From the NCBI GenBank assembly GCA_965222225.1, contig CBDCTK010000002.1, positions 2,176,001-2,240,000 of the forward strand: a DNA stretch of 64,000 nucleotides, given 5' to 3'. Positions 37,875-47,489 of this stretch are shown here, one piece after another (the stretch's first letter is position 1; the number at the start of each line of letters is the position of its first letter). Both the position numbers and the translations under genes were made by a program. Source of the stretch: Candidatus Poribacteria bacterium. Lineage in GTDB: Bacteria > Poribacteria > WGA-4E > JAJDTR01. The notes beneath the pieces are model-generated. The model made no database searches and was not told where the DNA came from. It was given only the letters and a program-made list of their open reading frames with translations.

Positions 37875-38351
37875 CTACGACCCCGGTCGATAAAGCGTCA
37901 CGAGACAACCGCCTGCCGCGGCAAGCAGAATCCCAACGATGAATTGCCAGTGGAAACTACTCCAACCGCCCGCCGGTGGGTGCATCGCCGTCGCAACAAT
38001 CGCATTAACAATCGGAGCGCCGGCAAAGACAATCGACATCACCACGGCGGGCCTGCCTCCCACACCAAATGCCAACACGACGCCGAACGCCCCGATGGCA
38101 CCGACTGTCCCGGCGATTGTTGACCAAGCTATCCCCTTCGCCGGAAAACTCCATGTGGCACCGTTGGCAACGAGCATAATCGCTGATCCGATAACCGCTA
38201 TCAGCAGATAGGCTATGCCCACGAAAAAGAACGCTTTGTAGCGCCCATGCGCAGCATCCGCCATTGATAACTGTCCGGAATGAAGTAAAACGCCGTAAGA
38301 ACCCCATGCTGCAACCGTTATAAAAACAAAAATTAACCATGTCATACGCAT
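37875..38351 (-). CDS. Small 5-TM membrane protein (DMT/EamA-like)
   Basis: Five hydrophobic helices; WG.YG, VMSIVFAGAPIVN. Confidence 0.65.
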   Translation of the reverse strand: MRMTWLIFVFITVAAWGSYGVLLHSGQLSMADAAHGRYKAFFFVGIAYLLIAVIGSAIMLVANGATWSFPAKGIAWSTIAGTVGAIGAFGVVLAFGVGGRPAVVMSIVFAGAPIVNAIVATAMHPPAGGWSSFHWQFIVGILLAAAGGCLVTLYRPGS

Positions 38352-38361
38352 ATTGTTCTCC

Positions 38362-39657
38362 CTATGTCGAAAGGTATTTCCGATAAACCGCCAAAGTTTC
38401 ATCCGCCATGATGTCGTCGCTAAAGCATTGATGCACGGCTTCCTTCCCTTGCCGACCCAGCTCCTCGCGGCGTTTCGTATTGTTCATCAATTCAAGTATG
38501 CCCTCTGCAGTTGCAGTCGGCGACTCCGCATCTACGAGTATGCCGCCACCCGTCGCATCGATTAACTCCGGAAATCCCCCGTGGCGCGGGAGGACAACCG
38601 GCACGCCATTGGCGAGCGCTTCCAGAACGAATAGCCCTTTGGGTTCTTTGTAGATCGTCGGCACGGATAGGACGTGTAAGCCTCGAAGGAAATCAACCTT
38701 CTGCAGGCGATCAACCTCTCCCACATACTCGAAGGCGTCCGTTAATCCCCACGCCTCGATCTGCTTCACAATTTCCTCGAAGTACAGTGTGTCCCCCTTG
38801 CCGAGATACCCCGCAACCTTTAGCCGAATCTTATCAGATGCAACCTGCCGCGTCAACCGGTAAAACGCATCAACGAGCAGATGCAGCCCTTTCTCCGGAC
38901 AGATGCGCGCCAGATATCCAATCACGAAGGGAGAATCGGAAGCGGTGGTTTCCCTAGCTTCGCCGTGTCCTTCCAGATTCAAACCGAGTTTCACCACCTC
39001 AACTTTGTCCGCGGGAATCCTGAGATATGATGCCATGAACTCGGCATAATATCGGCAGGGCGCGATGAAACCATCCACATCGGAAGCCCGCGCTCGCAAA
39101 ACCTCCAACGCCTGCGCTTTGTAAGGCTCAATTAGACCTTCCAGAAAGATGTCTTCTCCCTGAAGCGCGCAGAGAATTGGGACACCCAACGCCTTTTTCA
39201 TCTCCTTGGCAAACCCCACGAACATTGAGTTGGTAAGTTGCACAAGATTTGGTCGGTAGGCATCTTTCAGCCATTTTGTCAGCTTTTCCAATTCCTTTTT
39301 CTGATGTCCGTTTTCCCCTTGAAGTACGGAAAGTGTGAGGGCACCGAGATCTTTCGCGTTTGTTGAACTGGCAAATCGAGATAACTTCCTCAGCAGCGCG
39401 GGACTGTTGAGCAATTCATCAAAAACCCACGGTGTGTGGCGGAACAGAGCCGACTTCTGCTCCAGATAGACGTTAATCCCGCCGTAAAAGATGCGGTGGA
39501 TGCTGACATCGGTTTCGTCTGTCCGGATAGGGGTATAGGTTGGGATGAGCGCGACATCGTGCCCCTTCTGTAGTAGCGCTGCAGCGAGGGTATTGTCGTG
39601 AATGCAGGTGCCGCAATACATGCCTGCGGCACCTGCGGCGATATAGGCAATTTTCAT
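38362..39657 (-). CDS. Glycosyltransferase family 4 with N-terminal CxxC
   Basis: IGYLARICPEKG, EPKGLFVLEALANGVPVV; MYCGTC. Confidence 0.9.
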   Translation of the reverse strand: MKIAYIAAGAAGMYCGTCIHDNTLAAALLQKGHDVALIPTYTPIRTDETDVSIHRIFYGGINVYLEQKSALFRHTPWVFDELLNSPALLRKLSRFASSTNAKDLGALTLSVLQGENGHQKKELEKLTKWLKDAYRPNLVQLTNSMFVGFAKEMKKALGVPILCALQGEDIFLEGLIEPYKAQALEVLRARASDVDGFIAPCRYYAEFMASYLRIPADKVEVVKLGLNLEGHGEARETTASDSPFVIGYLARICPEKGLHLLVDAFYRLTRQVASDKIRLKVAGYLGKGDTLYFEEIVKQIEAWGLTDAFEYVGEVDRLQKVDFLRGLHVLSVPTIYKEPKGLFVLEALANGVPVVLPRHGGFPELIDATGGGILVDAESPTATAEGILELMNNTKRREELGRQGKEAVHQCFSDDIMADETLAVYRKYLST

Positions 39658-39868
39658 TGGGTTAACGACGACTGGCTTTCAGTGGTAATCTGTCCCTTTC
39701 AAGCAGATGAGGCGATTGTAGGTGCTATCTATTAGGGACTTAGTAGTTAACTGCTTTTTGGTCGATTTGCTTGCTTTTCTCTTCTTAATGTACAATCATT
39801 TTAGACAGTGTTCGGAATCTTGATTCACACTAAAATACATCTCTATAAGAGAGAAATGGAGGCATATC

Positions 39869-39991
39869 ATGTTGACCAAGCGTTTGTACATGCTCGCGGG
39901 AGCATTGCGGGTTATCTGCGGGATTTTAATTTCCAACACTATGGGATTTTCAGCACACCATGATGTTGTCGTTGACAGAATATACCGATAG
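39869..39991 (+). CDS. Putative 40-aa passenger ORF inside the IS
   Basis: GGAGG RBS; MLTKRLYMLAGALRVICGILISNTMGFSAHHDVVVDRIYR, signal-peptide-like. Confidence 0.35.
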   Translation: MLTKRLYMLAGALRVICGILISNTMGFSAHHDVVVDRIYR

Positions 39992-40009
39992 CCAAACAAT
40001 TCATGTGGC

Positions 40010-40864
40010 TCAGGTGAAGCATTCATCAAAAAATCTTATGAAAATCTCATCATCTTTTCTGCGATTATATTTCCAGCAAGACTCCATGATATACAGTGGC
40101 AGCCACTTCTTGCTGTAGTGATGATGCGTTCCGTAGAATGACCTCTTGACACAAGCCCAAAACGACTCGATGGTGTTGGTGTGAGTTACGCCGTCCTCAG
40201 AAACATATCTCTCTTGGTGATGGATAACATGTCTTTCGATATCTTCGTCCAGACTATTGTAAGAGCGAAATTCATCAGTCATAAGAATAGACTCATCGGG
40301 TGAGACATTGCTAAGGATGAATTCTCTGATATTTTCACCAGATAGAACCTTCATGAATTTAGCAACCACCCGACCGCCTCTCTCGACTACGCCGATGACG
40401 GGAGATTTATTTGTGCCTCTACCTCTCTTAGATTTTGCTCTGGGTTTGCCGCCGACATAGGTTTCGTCCGCTTCAACTATCCCTTTCAGCAATTCATCAC
40501 TATCACTCATTTTCTCACGGAGGCGCATTGCCATATACCAAGCGGACTTTTGATTCATGTCCAAGTCACGAGCAAGCTGACAACTCGATATGCTTTTCTT
40601 GGCATTGGAAAGAATTGAGATAGCCAAAAACCATTTCTGGAGAGGTATCTTGGTACCATGGAAGATGGTTCCTGCTGTAGCCGAAAAGCTAGATTCACAA
40701 TCGTAGCAATTCCAACCAGTAGTAATGTCGTTTTTGTTCTTGCGTCCAACTTTTTCACTGCCACAGTGGATACAGCAAACACCGTCCTTCCAACGTTTTT
40801 CCTCTATAAATCTGAGACAAGATTCTTGATTTGGAAACTCTTTCATAAGATTCAAAATGTCCAT
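40010..40864 (-). CDS. IS1595 family transposase
   Basis: Zn ribbon CxxC..CxxC, GTIF..TK.PL.KWF, VEADETYVGG, MTDE, TNTIESFW. Confidence 0.95.
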   Translation of the reverse strand: MDILNLMKEFPNQESCLRFIEEKRWKDGVCCIHCGSEKVGRKNKNDITTGWNCYDCESSFSATAGTIFHGTKIPLQKWFLAISILSNAKKSISSCQLARDLDMNQKSAWYMAMRLREKMSDSDELLKGIVEADETYVGGKPRAKSKRGRGTNKSPVIGVVERGGRVVAKFMKVLSGENIREFILSNVSPDESILMTDEFRSYNSLDEDIERHVIHHQERYVSEDGVTHTNTIESFWACVKRSFYGTHHHYSKKWLPLYIMESCWKYNRRKDDEIFIRFFDECFT

Positions 40865-40987
40865 AGCAAACTCCTACGAGAAGAATAGTCACTATGGACA
40901 TCTACGTGTGACGAAAAGATTTACGACAGGGTACCAAGTTTTATGTTTGTCGTCAGTCTAAAAGCTACAAGCTACTAATTCCGATCT

Positions 40988-41016
40988 ATTATATTGTGAA
41001 ATTCCGTTATTTCCAA
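40988..41016 (-). promoter_or_regulatory. Putative host promoter overlapping the IS target site
   Basis: Minus strand TTGGAA-17bp-TATAAT; the -10 box overlaps the target duplication. Confidence 0.55.
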
Positions 41017-41161
41017 AAAGTTAATGCCATCTCATGAGATGTGGGAATTGTAGCTTGAAAATGGGGTGAAGGGAGTTGGTCCGATTGCAGAGAGGTCAGT
41101 ACACTCTCTACCATCCCATTGAATGAGATGCGATTGCCTTGCCTCTTCGGTCTCTTTAGGC

Positions 41162-41190
41162 TTGACGGCTTTCTGCCAGCGGAGTATAAT
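41162..41190 (+). promoter_or_regulatory. Sigma70-type promoter
   Basis: TTGACG-17bp-TATAAT upstream of the GH127-like gene. Confidence 0.75.
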
Positions 41191-41305
41191 TCAGCGCATT
41201 ATTTTGAATTCAATTCTATCAGGTTTAGGTAGCGGATTCAACAGAAAATTCCGATGGCAGTTCTTGTATGATTTCACTTCGCGCGATAGGGAATGTGTGC
41301 CATAG

Positions 41306-43198
41306 ATGAAAGAACCCATTTGTAGGAGAGTCCCAAAAACAGGGATGCAGATTGGCGGCTTCGTGGGGGATTACCTGAAGGGAATCACGCAGCAATGGTT
41401 GCTCGTGGCGCCAAAAGCCAATCCCGGCATGCTTGAAATGTTCCGCGATCGTGACATTTCCCCGCTACGGGAAATGGTGCCTTGGGCAGGGGAGTTCTCG
41501 GGGAAATATCTGACGGGCGCGGTGCAAGTTCTCCGAGTGACGTCAGATCCGGCGCTGAAAGTGTGGATGAAGGACTTCGTCCGCATCCTTGTAAACCTTC
41601 AAGATACCGACGGCTACCTCGGCCCTTGGCCAAAGCCGCACCGCTTAACAAACTCCAATTCCGCGGGGCAGAATACTTGGGATACTTGGGGCCATTACCA
41701 CAACATGCTGGGTCTGCTGCTTTGGCATGAAGAAACGCAAGACAAAGAGGCGCTGACTTGCGCGTCGCACATAGCCGACCTGCTCTGCGAGACGTATCTG
41801 GGGAAAAAGCGTCCGCGCTTGGTCGAGACAGGCTCAACCGAGATGAATCTGGCGCCGGCCCACTCCCTGTGCATACTCTATCGCAAGACGAAAGACGAAC
41901 GCTATCTTAAGTTGGCGCTCCAGATCGTGGATGAATTTGCAGCTACGGAGAATGGGGAACCTTTGGCAGGCGACTACCTGCGGAGCGCACTTGATGGCAA
42001 AGAGTTTTTCCAGACTCCCAAACCGCGGTGGGAAAGCCTACACCCAATCATGGCGCTGCCGGAACTCTACTGGATTACCGGTGAAGACCGCTACCGGAGA
42101 GCCTTTGAACGAATCTGGTGGAGCATTGTCAAGCTTGATCGGCACAACAACGGCGGTTTTTCGTCGGGAGAGCAGGCAACCGGCAATCCGTACCATCTAG
42201 CCGCGATCGAATCCTGCTGCACGATTGCGTGGACGGCGATGAGCGTCGAGATGCTGAAACTCACCGGGAATCCCATTGTCGCCGATGAACTCGAACTCAC
42301 GCTATTCAACTCCATCGTCGGCATGCACTCCCCAACAGGGCACTGGTCTACCTACGACACGCCGATGAACGGAATACGCCGTTCCAGCGCACACACCATT
42401 GTCTTCCAAGCGCGTGAAGGCACCCCCGAACTGAACTGCTGTAGTGTGAACACTCCCCGCGGATTCGGAATGCTAAGCGATTGGGCGCTCATGAAAGACC
42501 GCGAAGGTCTCATATTGAACTACTACGGTCCGTCAACGCTAGCGGCACGATTAAAGCCGGGTTTGTCCGTGACACTGACGCAGGAGACGGAGTATCCGCT
42601 TGATGGCAAGATTGTCGTATCTGTGAAACCATCCAAATCCTCCGAATTTGCTCTGAAGTTGCGCATTCCGCACTGGTCATCAGAGACGCACGTCAGAATT
42701 AATGATGAACCTCCGCTTAGCGTGAAAGCCGCTAGTTACCTCCGAATTGATCGCAAATGGAAAGCAAGTGATAAGATTCAGCTTACGTTGGACATGTCCT
42801 TGCGCGTATGGAGCGGAGAGCAGGAATGTGAAGGACTGGCATCAATCTATCGGGGCCCTATCCTGCTGGCGTATGACCACCGGTACAATCTCAAGCACGC
42901 CGAAGAGGGCAATCCGCAGATACGCGATGTTAAGGAGTGGGATCCGGTAACCTGCATGTTGGATATTCCGCTGGTTGACCTCGTGAACCTGCAATCGAAG
43001 CAGGTTCAGTGGACCGATTGGCTACCGCCTCAACTTCTGCTGGAATTTGAGGCGGCGAACGGCGAGACGGTGCGTCTTTGCGACTTTGGCAGCGCGGGCG
43101 AGGCTGGAACGCCGTATTGCTCCTGGTTGCCCGTTAAGGGCTGTCCCGAAACCCCCGAGTTTTCCAAAGAGAACCCGCTGCGGACTCTTCCCGTTTGA
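41306..43198 (+). CDS. GH127/GH146-like beta-L-arabinofuranosidase family protein
   Basis: WAGEFSGKYL, QDTDGYLG, GGFSSGE, IESCCT, NCCSVN, QETEYP, LRIPHW, RGPILLA. Confidence 0.85.
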   Translation: MKEPICRRVPKTGMQIGGFVGDYLKGITQQWLLVAPKANPGMLEMFRDRDISPLREMVPWAGEFSGKYLTGAVQVLRVTSDPALKVWMKDFVRILVNLQDTDGYLGPWPKPHRLTNSNSAGQNTWDTWGHYHNMLGLLLWHEETQDKEALTCASHIADLLCETYLGKKRPRLVETGSTEMNLAPAHSLCILYRKTKDERYLKLALQIVDEFAATENGEPLAGDYLRSALDGKEFFQTPKPRWESLHPIMALPELYWITGEDRYRRAFERIWWSIVKLDRHNNGGFSSGEQATGNPYHLAAIESCCTIAWTAMSVEMLKLTGNPIVADELELTLFNSIVGMHSPTGHWSTYDTPMNGIRRSSAHTIVFQAREGTPELNCCSVNTPRGFGMLSDWALMKDREGLILNYYGPSTLAARLKPGLSVTLTQETEYPLDGKIVVSVKPSKSSEFALKLRIPHWSSETHVRINDEPPLSVKAASYLRIDRKWKASDKIQLTLDMSLRVWSGEQECEGLASIYRGPILLAYDHRYNLKHAEEGNPQIRDVKEWDPVTCMLDIPLVDLVNLQSKQVQWTDWLPPQLLLEFEAANGETVRLCDFGSAGEAGTPYCSWLPVKGCPETPEFSKENPLRTLPV

Positions 43199-43278
43199 TA
43201 GCGGAATCAACGCCAATAGGACGAATTGCCGATTACCACACCTATCACCACGTGTCGAAACAGAGGAGGAACTTGATA

Positions 43279-44010
43279 ATGACAGCGAACGGTGCTGTAC
43301 CGAAAACCCGCTCGGAAGGACGAGGTCCCACAATCTGGCTCGCAGGCAGCCCCGATGAACTAAAGGAGTGGATGCCGTTGGGGATTGCCGGGATTGTCAC
43401 CAATACTGTCGTACTCAATCAGTACGCCAAGCCTTACGGCTCAGTTATCGACCTGATGAAGGCGTATCTCGACATCACCGACAAACCCGTGGTCATGGAA
43501 ATCGACGGTCACACGGTCGACGAACTGCTCGCAGTTGGGAAGGTTTTCACCGACCTGTCGGATCAGATTATTCTGAAAATTCCATGCACGATAAATGGCC
43601 TCAAAGCCTTCAGCATTCTCAAGGGTGAAGGAGTTGAGACCTTCTGCACGACGGTCTTTTCCTTGCCCCAAGCTGCGGCTGTCGCCCAAGCTGGCGTCGA
43701 TCATCTCCTACCGTTCTGCGATCCCGTGAAAGCGGTAGGCGGCGATCCGACCCAACTTATACGCGAGTGTGTGCAGATGTTCAGCGACTGGGAGCAGCGG
43801 CCCTATATCATGGCGGCGCTCGTACGCTCGGTGGAGACCGCTCATGCCGCCTTCCGTGACGGCGCCGACGAACTCGTCACCATGTGGACCGTCTACCGGG
43901 ACATGATGGATCACCCGCTTACCGAGCAGTGGAATAAGACGTTCATGGACGAGTGGGTCGACATGCACGAAAACGGCTTGCTAGAAGGTGTGCCGGTCAC
44001 ATTAGATTGA
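43279..44010 (+). CDS. Transaldolase/fructose-6-phosphate aldolase family protein, divergent
   Basis: ILKIPCT..GLKA, TTVFSLPQA..AQAG; ATG 43279 after GGAGG. Confidence 0.8.
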   Translation: MTANGAVPKTRSEGRGPTIWLAGSPDELKEWMPLGIAGIVTNTVVLNQYAKPYGSVIDLMKAYLDITDKPVVMEIDGHTVDELLAVGKVFTDLSDQIILKIPCTINGLKAFSILKGEGVETFCTTVFSLPQAAAVAQAGVDHLLPFCDPVKAVGGDPTQLIRECVQMFSDWEQRPYIMAALVRSVETAHAAFRDGADELVTMWTVYRDMMDHPLTEQWNKTFMDEWVDMHENGLLEGVPVTLD

Positions 44011-44072
44011 ATGTAAATCTAGTGCCGGGTTCCGTAGTTATCGGAGTAAGAGGACCAAGTGTCAGCGAAGAA

Positions 44073-44133
44073 TTGGAAGTCTGGAAGCGAGGGAAGGTTG
44101 GAAGGGAAGTCTTCCAATTTTCCATCCTTCCAA
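44073..44133. repeat. GGAAG/CTTCC microrepeat forming an inverted repeat
   Basis: TTGGAAGTCTGGAAGCGAGGGAAGGTTGGAAGGGAAG-T-CTTCCAATTTTCCATCCTTCCAA. Confidence 0.65.
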
Positions 44134-44196
44134 CGAATCAAATATCAGCAGAAACTAGCAGCGCGAGTAACTCATTCTTTAAAGTAGGGTGTAGAT

Positions 44197-45008
44197 ATGG
44201 CACGCGTTGTCCCCTTACGGTATGACACCGCTTTCAAGAAAGCTTTCAGCCAGCCCGACATCTTTTGTTAATTCGCCAAAGATGTTTTAGGCATTGAATT
44301 TCATACCAACGAGGTACATCAAGGCTATAAATTCCTCAAACCTGTCGGTCAGGTTGATATTGAGTACGACCTGTTCGCCGAGGATCCGGAATCTTGAATT
44401 GTCGTTGAGGTGCAGCATGTCAAAGAACGGCATTTCTACAATCGTTTTCTGTACTATCACCTTATCAACCTCGTCGAACAGGTGAAAAGCAGCAAACCTA
44501 TAAGTTTGGACAGACTGTATACACCATTGTCGTCTTGACCAGCCCTTCCCGCGAGAATGACATTGACTTCAGCGTTGCTGTCACGGATTTCAACCCCGTC
44601 AACGAGTTCAGCCGCAAAGTCGAAGCGTATCCTCATCAACTCGTGTTCTTGGTGCCCCGTATGGTCAATGAAAAAACTCCACCGGGCATCAAAGCGTGGT
44701 TGGAGCTTGTCTTGGATTCGCTTGACGGCGAGATTGATGAAAACCGCTTTACCATTCCAGTTTTCGAAAAGGTGATCCACGCGGTTACACGTGATAACAT
44801 CTCGCCCGGTGAACTTCGAGTGCTTAAGGATGAAGAGGATTGGGAAGATTCCCTAGTGTATGAACACAAACGAGGACTTGAAGAGGGAAGCCAACAGACG
44901 ACGGAGAAGATTGCTCTTGCACTAATCAGCGAAGGGGTAGACATTGAGTTCATTACGAGAACAACGGGAATGCCAGAAGCAGATATCGAAAAACTGCGGC
45001 AATCGTAG
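44197..45008 (+). pseudogene. Rpn/PD-(D/E)XK_2 putative transposase-family pseudogene
   Basis: MARVVPLRYDTAFKKAFSQPDIFC* ... IEYDLFAEDPES*IVVEVQH; two stops and a frameshift near 44510; C-terminal IA..L..G.DI.FI...TG. Confidence 0.8.
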
Positions 45009-45128
45009 ACAAATAGACGTGTTGATACTTTACTGTCACGACTATTGGGGATAAGAACAGAAGGTCAAAAGAAAAACCGTCATACCAAAACTTGCTCTAA
45101 CCAGCCTAAAGCTTGTCCCCGATCACCT

Positions 45129-45863
45129 ATGCATCGTGGCTATGTTCCGTCAACCGACATCTTTTCCGATACCATCCACATCCGTGACCCCGAGCGCCAT
45201 CACCTGCTCAATGTGCTCCGCTTAAAATCCGGTGATGACGTACAAATCTTCGACGGGGAAGGAAACAGTTACATCGCTTGCCTGAGGGATACAGAATCTT
45301 CTCCCGCGATAGCGTCAATTCGAGATCATCAATTTCACCCGCCAATCCCCCCCCACATCACCCTCTTTCAAGCAATTCCCAAATCCGACAAGATGGATTT
45401 GATTGTTCAGAAAGCCACGGAAATCGGCGTTGATGAAATCGTCCCGATGATATGTGAGAGATCGATTCCGAAGCAGGGAGGAGATACTCAGAAGAAACGG
45501 CGAGATCGTTGGGAACGAATCGCAATCGAAGCCTCCAAGCAGTGCGGACGCCCGAGATTTCCCAAGTTAATTGAAGCACGAAGTATGGACGAAAGTCTTG
45601 AACAAGCGAAGACTTGTGAATTGTCGCTGCTCCTCTGGGAAAATGAAGTAGAGCGCAAAATTAAGGATGTCTTGCGTTATTTTCAGGAAGTGAAATCGAT
45701 CGGTCTGTTCATCGGACCAGAGGGCGGAATTTCGGATGCCGAGGTCAAGAATGCGATTGACAGCGGGTGCCTACCTACCACATTTGGAGGGAACACACTG
45801 CGGACGGAAACAGCCGCTATCGTAGCGGTCACTCTCACCGTTTATGAGTTGCGTCGTTCCTAA
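45129..45863 (+). CDS. rsmE: 16S rRNA m3U1498 methyltransferase
   Basis: HH..VLR, K.DKMD.IVQKATEIG, EASKQCGR, IGPEGG, LRTETA. Confidence 0.93.
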   Translation: MHRGYVPSTDIFSDTIHIRDPERHHLLNVLRLKSGDDVQIFDGEGNSYIACLRDTESSPAIASIRDHQFHPPIPPHITLFQAIPKSDKMDLIVQKATEIGVDEIVPMICERSIPKQGGDTQKKRRDRWERIAIEASKQCGRPRFPKLIEARSMDESLEQAKTCELSLLLWENEVERKIKDVLRYFQEVKSIGLFIGPEGGISDAEVKNAIDSGCLPTTFGGNTLRTETAAIVAVTLTVYELRRS

Positions 45864-45869
45864 TGCGTC

Positions 45870-45898
45870 TTGACAATGGCATGGTCATACTATATCAT
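45870..45898 (+). promoter_or_regulatory. Sigma70-type promoter
   Basis: TTGACA-17bp-TATCAT upstream of mtaB. Confidence 0.7.
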
Positions 45899-46044
45899 CC
45901 AAACTCGGACAAACACGTTGTCGTGGAATCTCTGTAATCGACGCGCATGATGCGGAATAGGGGCACGCCCCTTCCGGCGACTTAACCACGACGAAGCGCA
46001 CGAAGTAAAAAAATTCCTCGACCTGAACGAGATAGAGTGTCAAC

Positions 46045-47403
46045 ATGCCGACAGCAGCATTCCTCACCATGGGTTGCAAGGTGAATCAATACGACACCGA
46101 CTCAATGCACGAAACGATGCATCGCAACGGCTACACAATCGTTGATGCGAACGAAATTGCAGATGTTTACGTCGTGAACACCTGCACAGTAACAAATGTC
46201 GCTGACCAGAAAGCCCGCAAATCGATTCGACGAATCGTCCGACAGAATCCGAAAGCCAAAGTGCTGGTTACTGGCTGCTATGCCGAAAGTGATCGCAAAA
46301 CCGTTGAAAAAATACCGGGAGTGACCTTCGTCTTCGGGAATCGCGAGAAAGCGGACTTTCAAGGCTATTTGGATAAACTCCGCGAATCCGATCTCTTGCA
46401 GATTAAGCCCATCCAGCATGATCCGGTGCGCGAACACGCAAGATTCAGCGCGGGGATTAGTCATGCGAATCAGCGGACGCGCGCACTAATAAAGGTTCAA
46501 GATGGGTGCAGCGCCTTCTGCACGTACTGCATTATCCCTTATGTGCGCGGACGGATGACGAGCCGTAGCCTGACGGACATTGTGAGAGAGGCGGAGCGTA
46601 TTGCCGCGAGTGGATACAAGGAGATTGTGATTACCGGTGTCCACTTGGGGGCTTACGGGCTAGACATTGAAAGAAAGGTGGACATCGGCGACATCTTGGA
46701 GCAGGTTCATCCGATTGAAGGCATAGAACGCATACGGTTTAGTTCAATCGAACCGATGAATTTTCCCGCCGACCTCGTTGATCGGATGGGGGCCTTGCCG
46801 AAGTGCATGCCGCACTTTCACCTCCCACTCCAAGCGGGCAACGATAAGATTCTGCGCAGGATGCGCCGACGCTACATCACGGCACAATACGCTCGGCTTG
46901 TGGAGAAACTGCGCGCCACCTTCCCGGATGTTGGAATAACGACCGATGTCATGGTCGGTTTTCCGGGGGAAACCGACCACGATTTTGAGGAGTCACTCGG
47001 ATTTGTTGAGGAAATCGGATTCAGCCAACTACACGTTTTCCGTTATTCTCCGCGGCGTGGTACACCAGCCGTAGACTATCCGGTTCAGGTCCCTCCAGGC
47101 GTTTCCGCGGCGCGTAGTGGGAGGATGATTGACTTGGGGAATCGCCTTGGCAACGCCTTCAAACGGCGTATGCTGGGGAAACAGGTGGACGTGCTGGTCG
47201 AAGATAGCCGCGAAGGGGAGATGGAGCAACTCGCAGGGTTTACGCCAAATTATCTGCGGGTTCTGTTGGACGTTCCCGCATCGAAAATCAATCGAATCGC
47301 ATCTGTCAAGTTGGTAGGACTGGAAAATGAACTGATTCAGGGAAAGACAGTCCATTTCGAGTCACCACGGGTATCTGCTAATGCCCCACAGCCGTCTATC
47401 TGA
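46045..47403 (+). CDS. mtaB: tRNA t6A37 methylthiotransferase
   Basis: TMGCKVNQYD, NTCTVT, KVQDGC..FC.YC, GVHLGAYG, HVFRYSPR.GT. Confidence 0.92.
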   Translation: MPTAAFLTMGCKVNQYDTDSMHETMHRNGYTIVDANEIADVYVVNTCTVTNVADQKARKSIRRIVRQNPKAKVLVTGCYAESDRKTVEKIPGVTFVFGNREKADFQGYLDKLRESDLLQIKPIQHDPVREHARFSAGISHANQRTRALIKVQDGCSAFCTYCIIPYVRGRMTSRSLTDIVREAERIAASGYKEIVITGVHLGAYGLDIERKVDIGDILEQVHPIEGIERIRFSSIEPMNFPADLVDRMGALPKCMPHFHLPLQAGNDKILRRMRRRYITAQYARLVEKLRATFPDVGITTDVMVGFPGETDHDFEESLGFVEEIGFSQLHVFRYSPRRGTPAVDYPVQVPPGVSAARSGRMIDLGNRLGNAFKRRMLGKQVDVLVEDSREGEMEQLAGFTPNYLRVLLDVPASKINRIASVKLVGLENELIQGKTVHFESPRVSANAPQPSI

Positions 47404-47489
47404 ATCCTTCACGAACAGTCGAACGAACATAGACTATACAGTCAATCGGTTTTTACCCGATCACACCTCACGCAAACCGGGCGGCAATC

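Larger units (their letters stand above)
39735..40983 (-). mobile_element. IS1595-family insertion sequence, 1249 bp
   Basis: Imperfect 24-bp TIRs (GGGACTTAGTAGTTAACTGCTTTT vs CGGAATTAGTAGCTTGTAGCTTTT, 17/24); 8-bp direct repeat ATCTATTA at 39727-39734 and 40984-40991. Confidence 0.92.

Noticed and set aside
44197-45008. Stop-codon readthrough or recoding in the Rpn-like gene
   Set aside because: A TAA, a TGA and a frameshift together fit ordinary pseudogenisation; other genes use all three stops normally.
45905-46044. ZMP/ZTP riboswitch
   Set aside because: GACUGGCG and CGCCUGGGC cores are not found.
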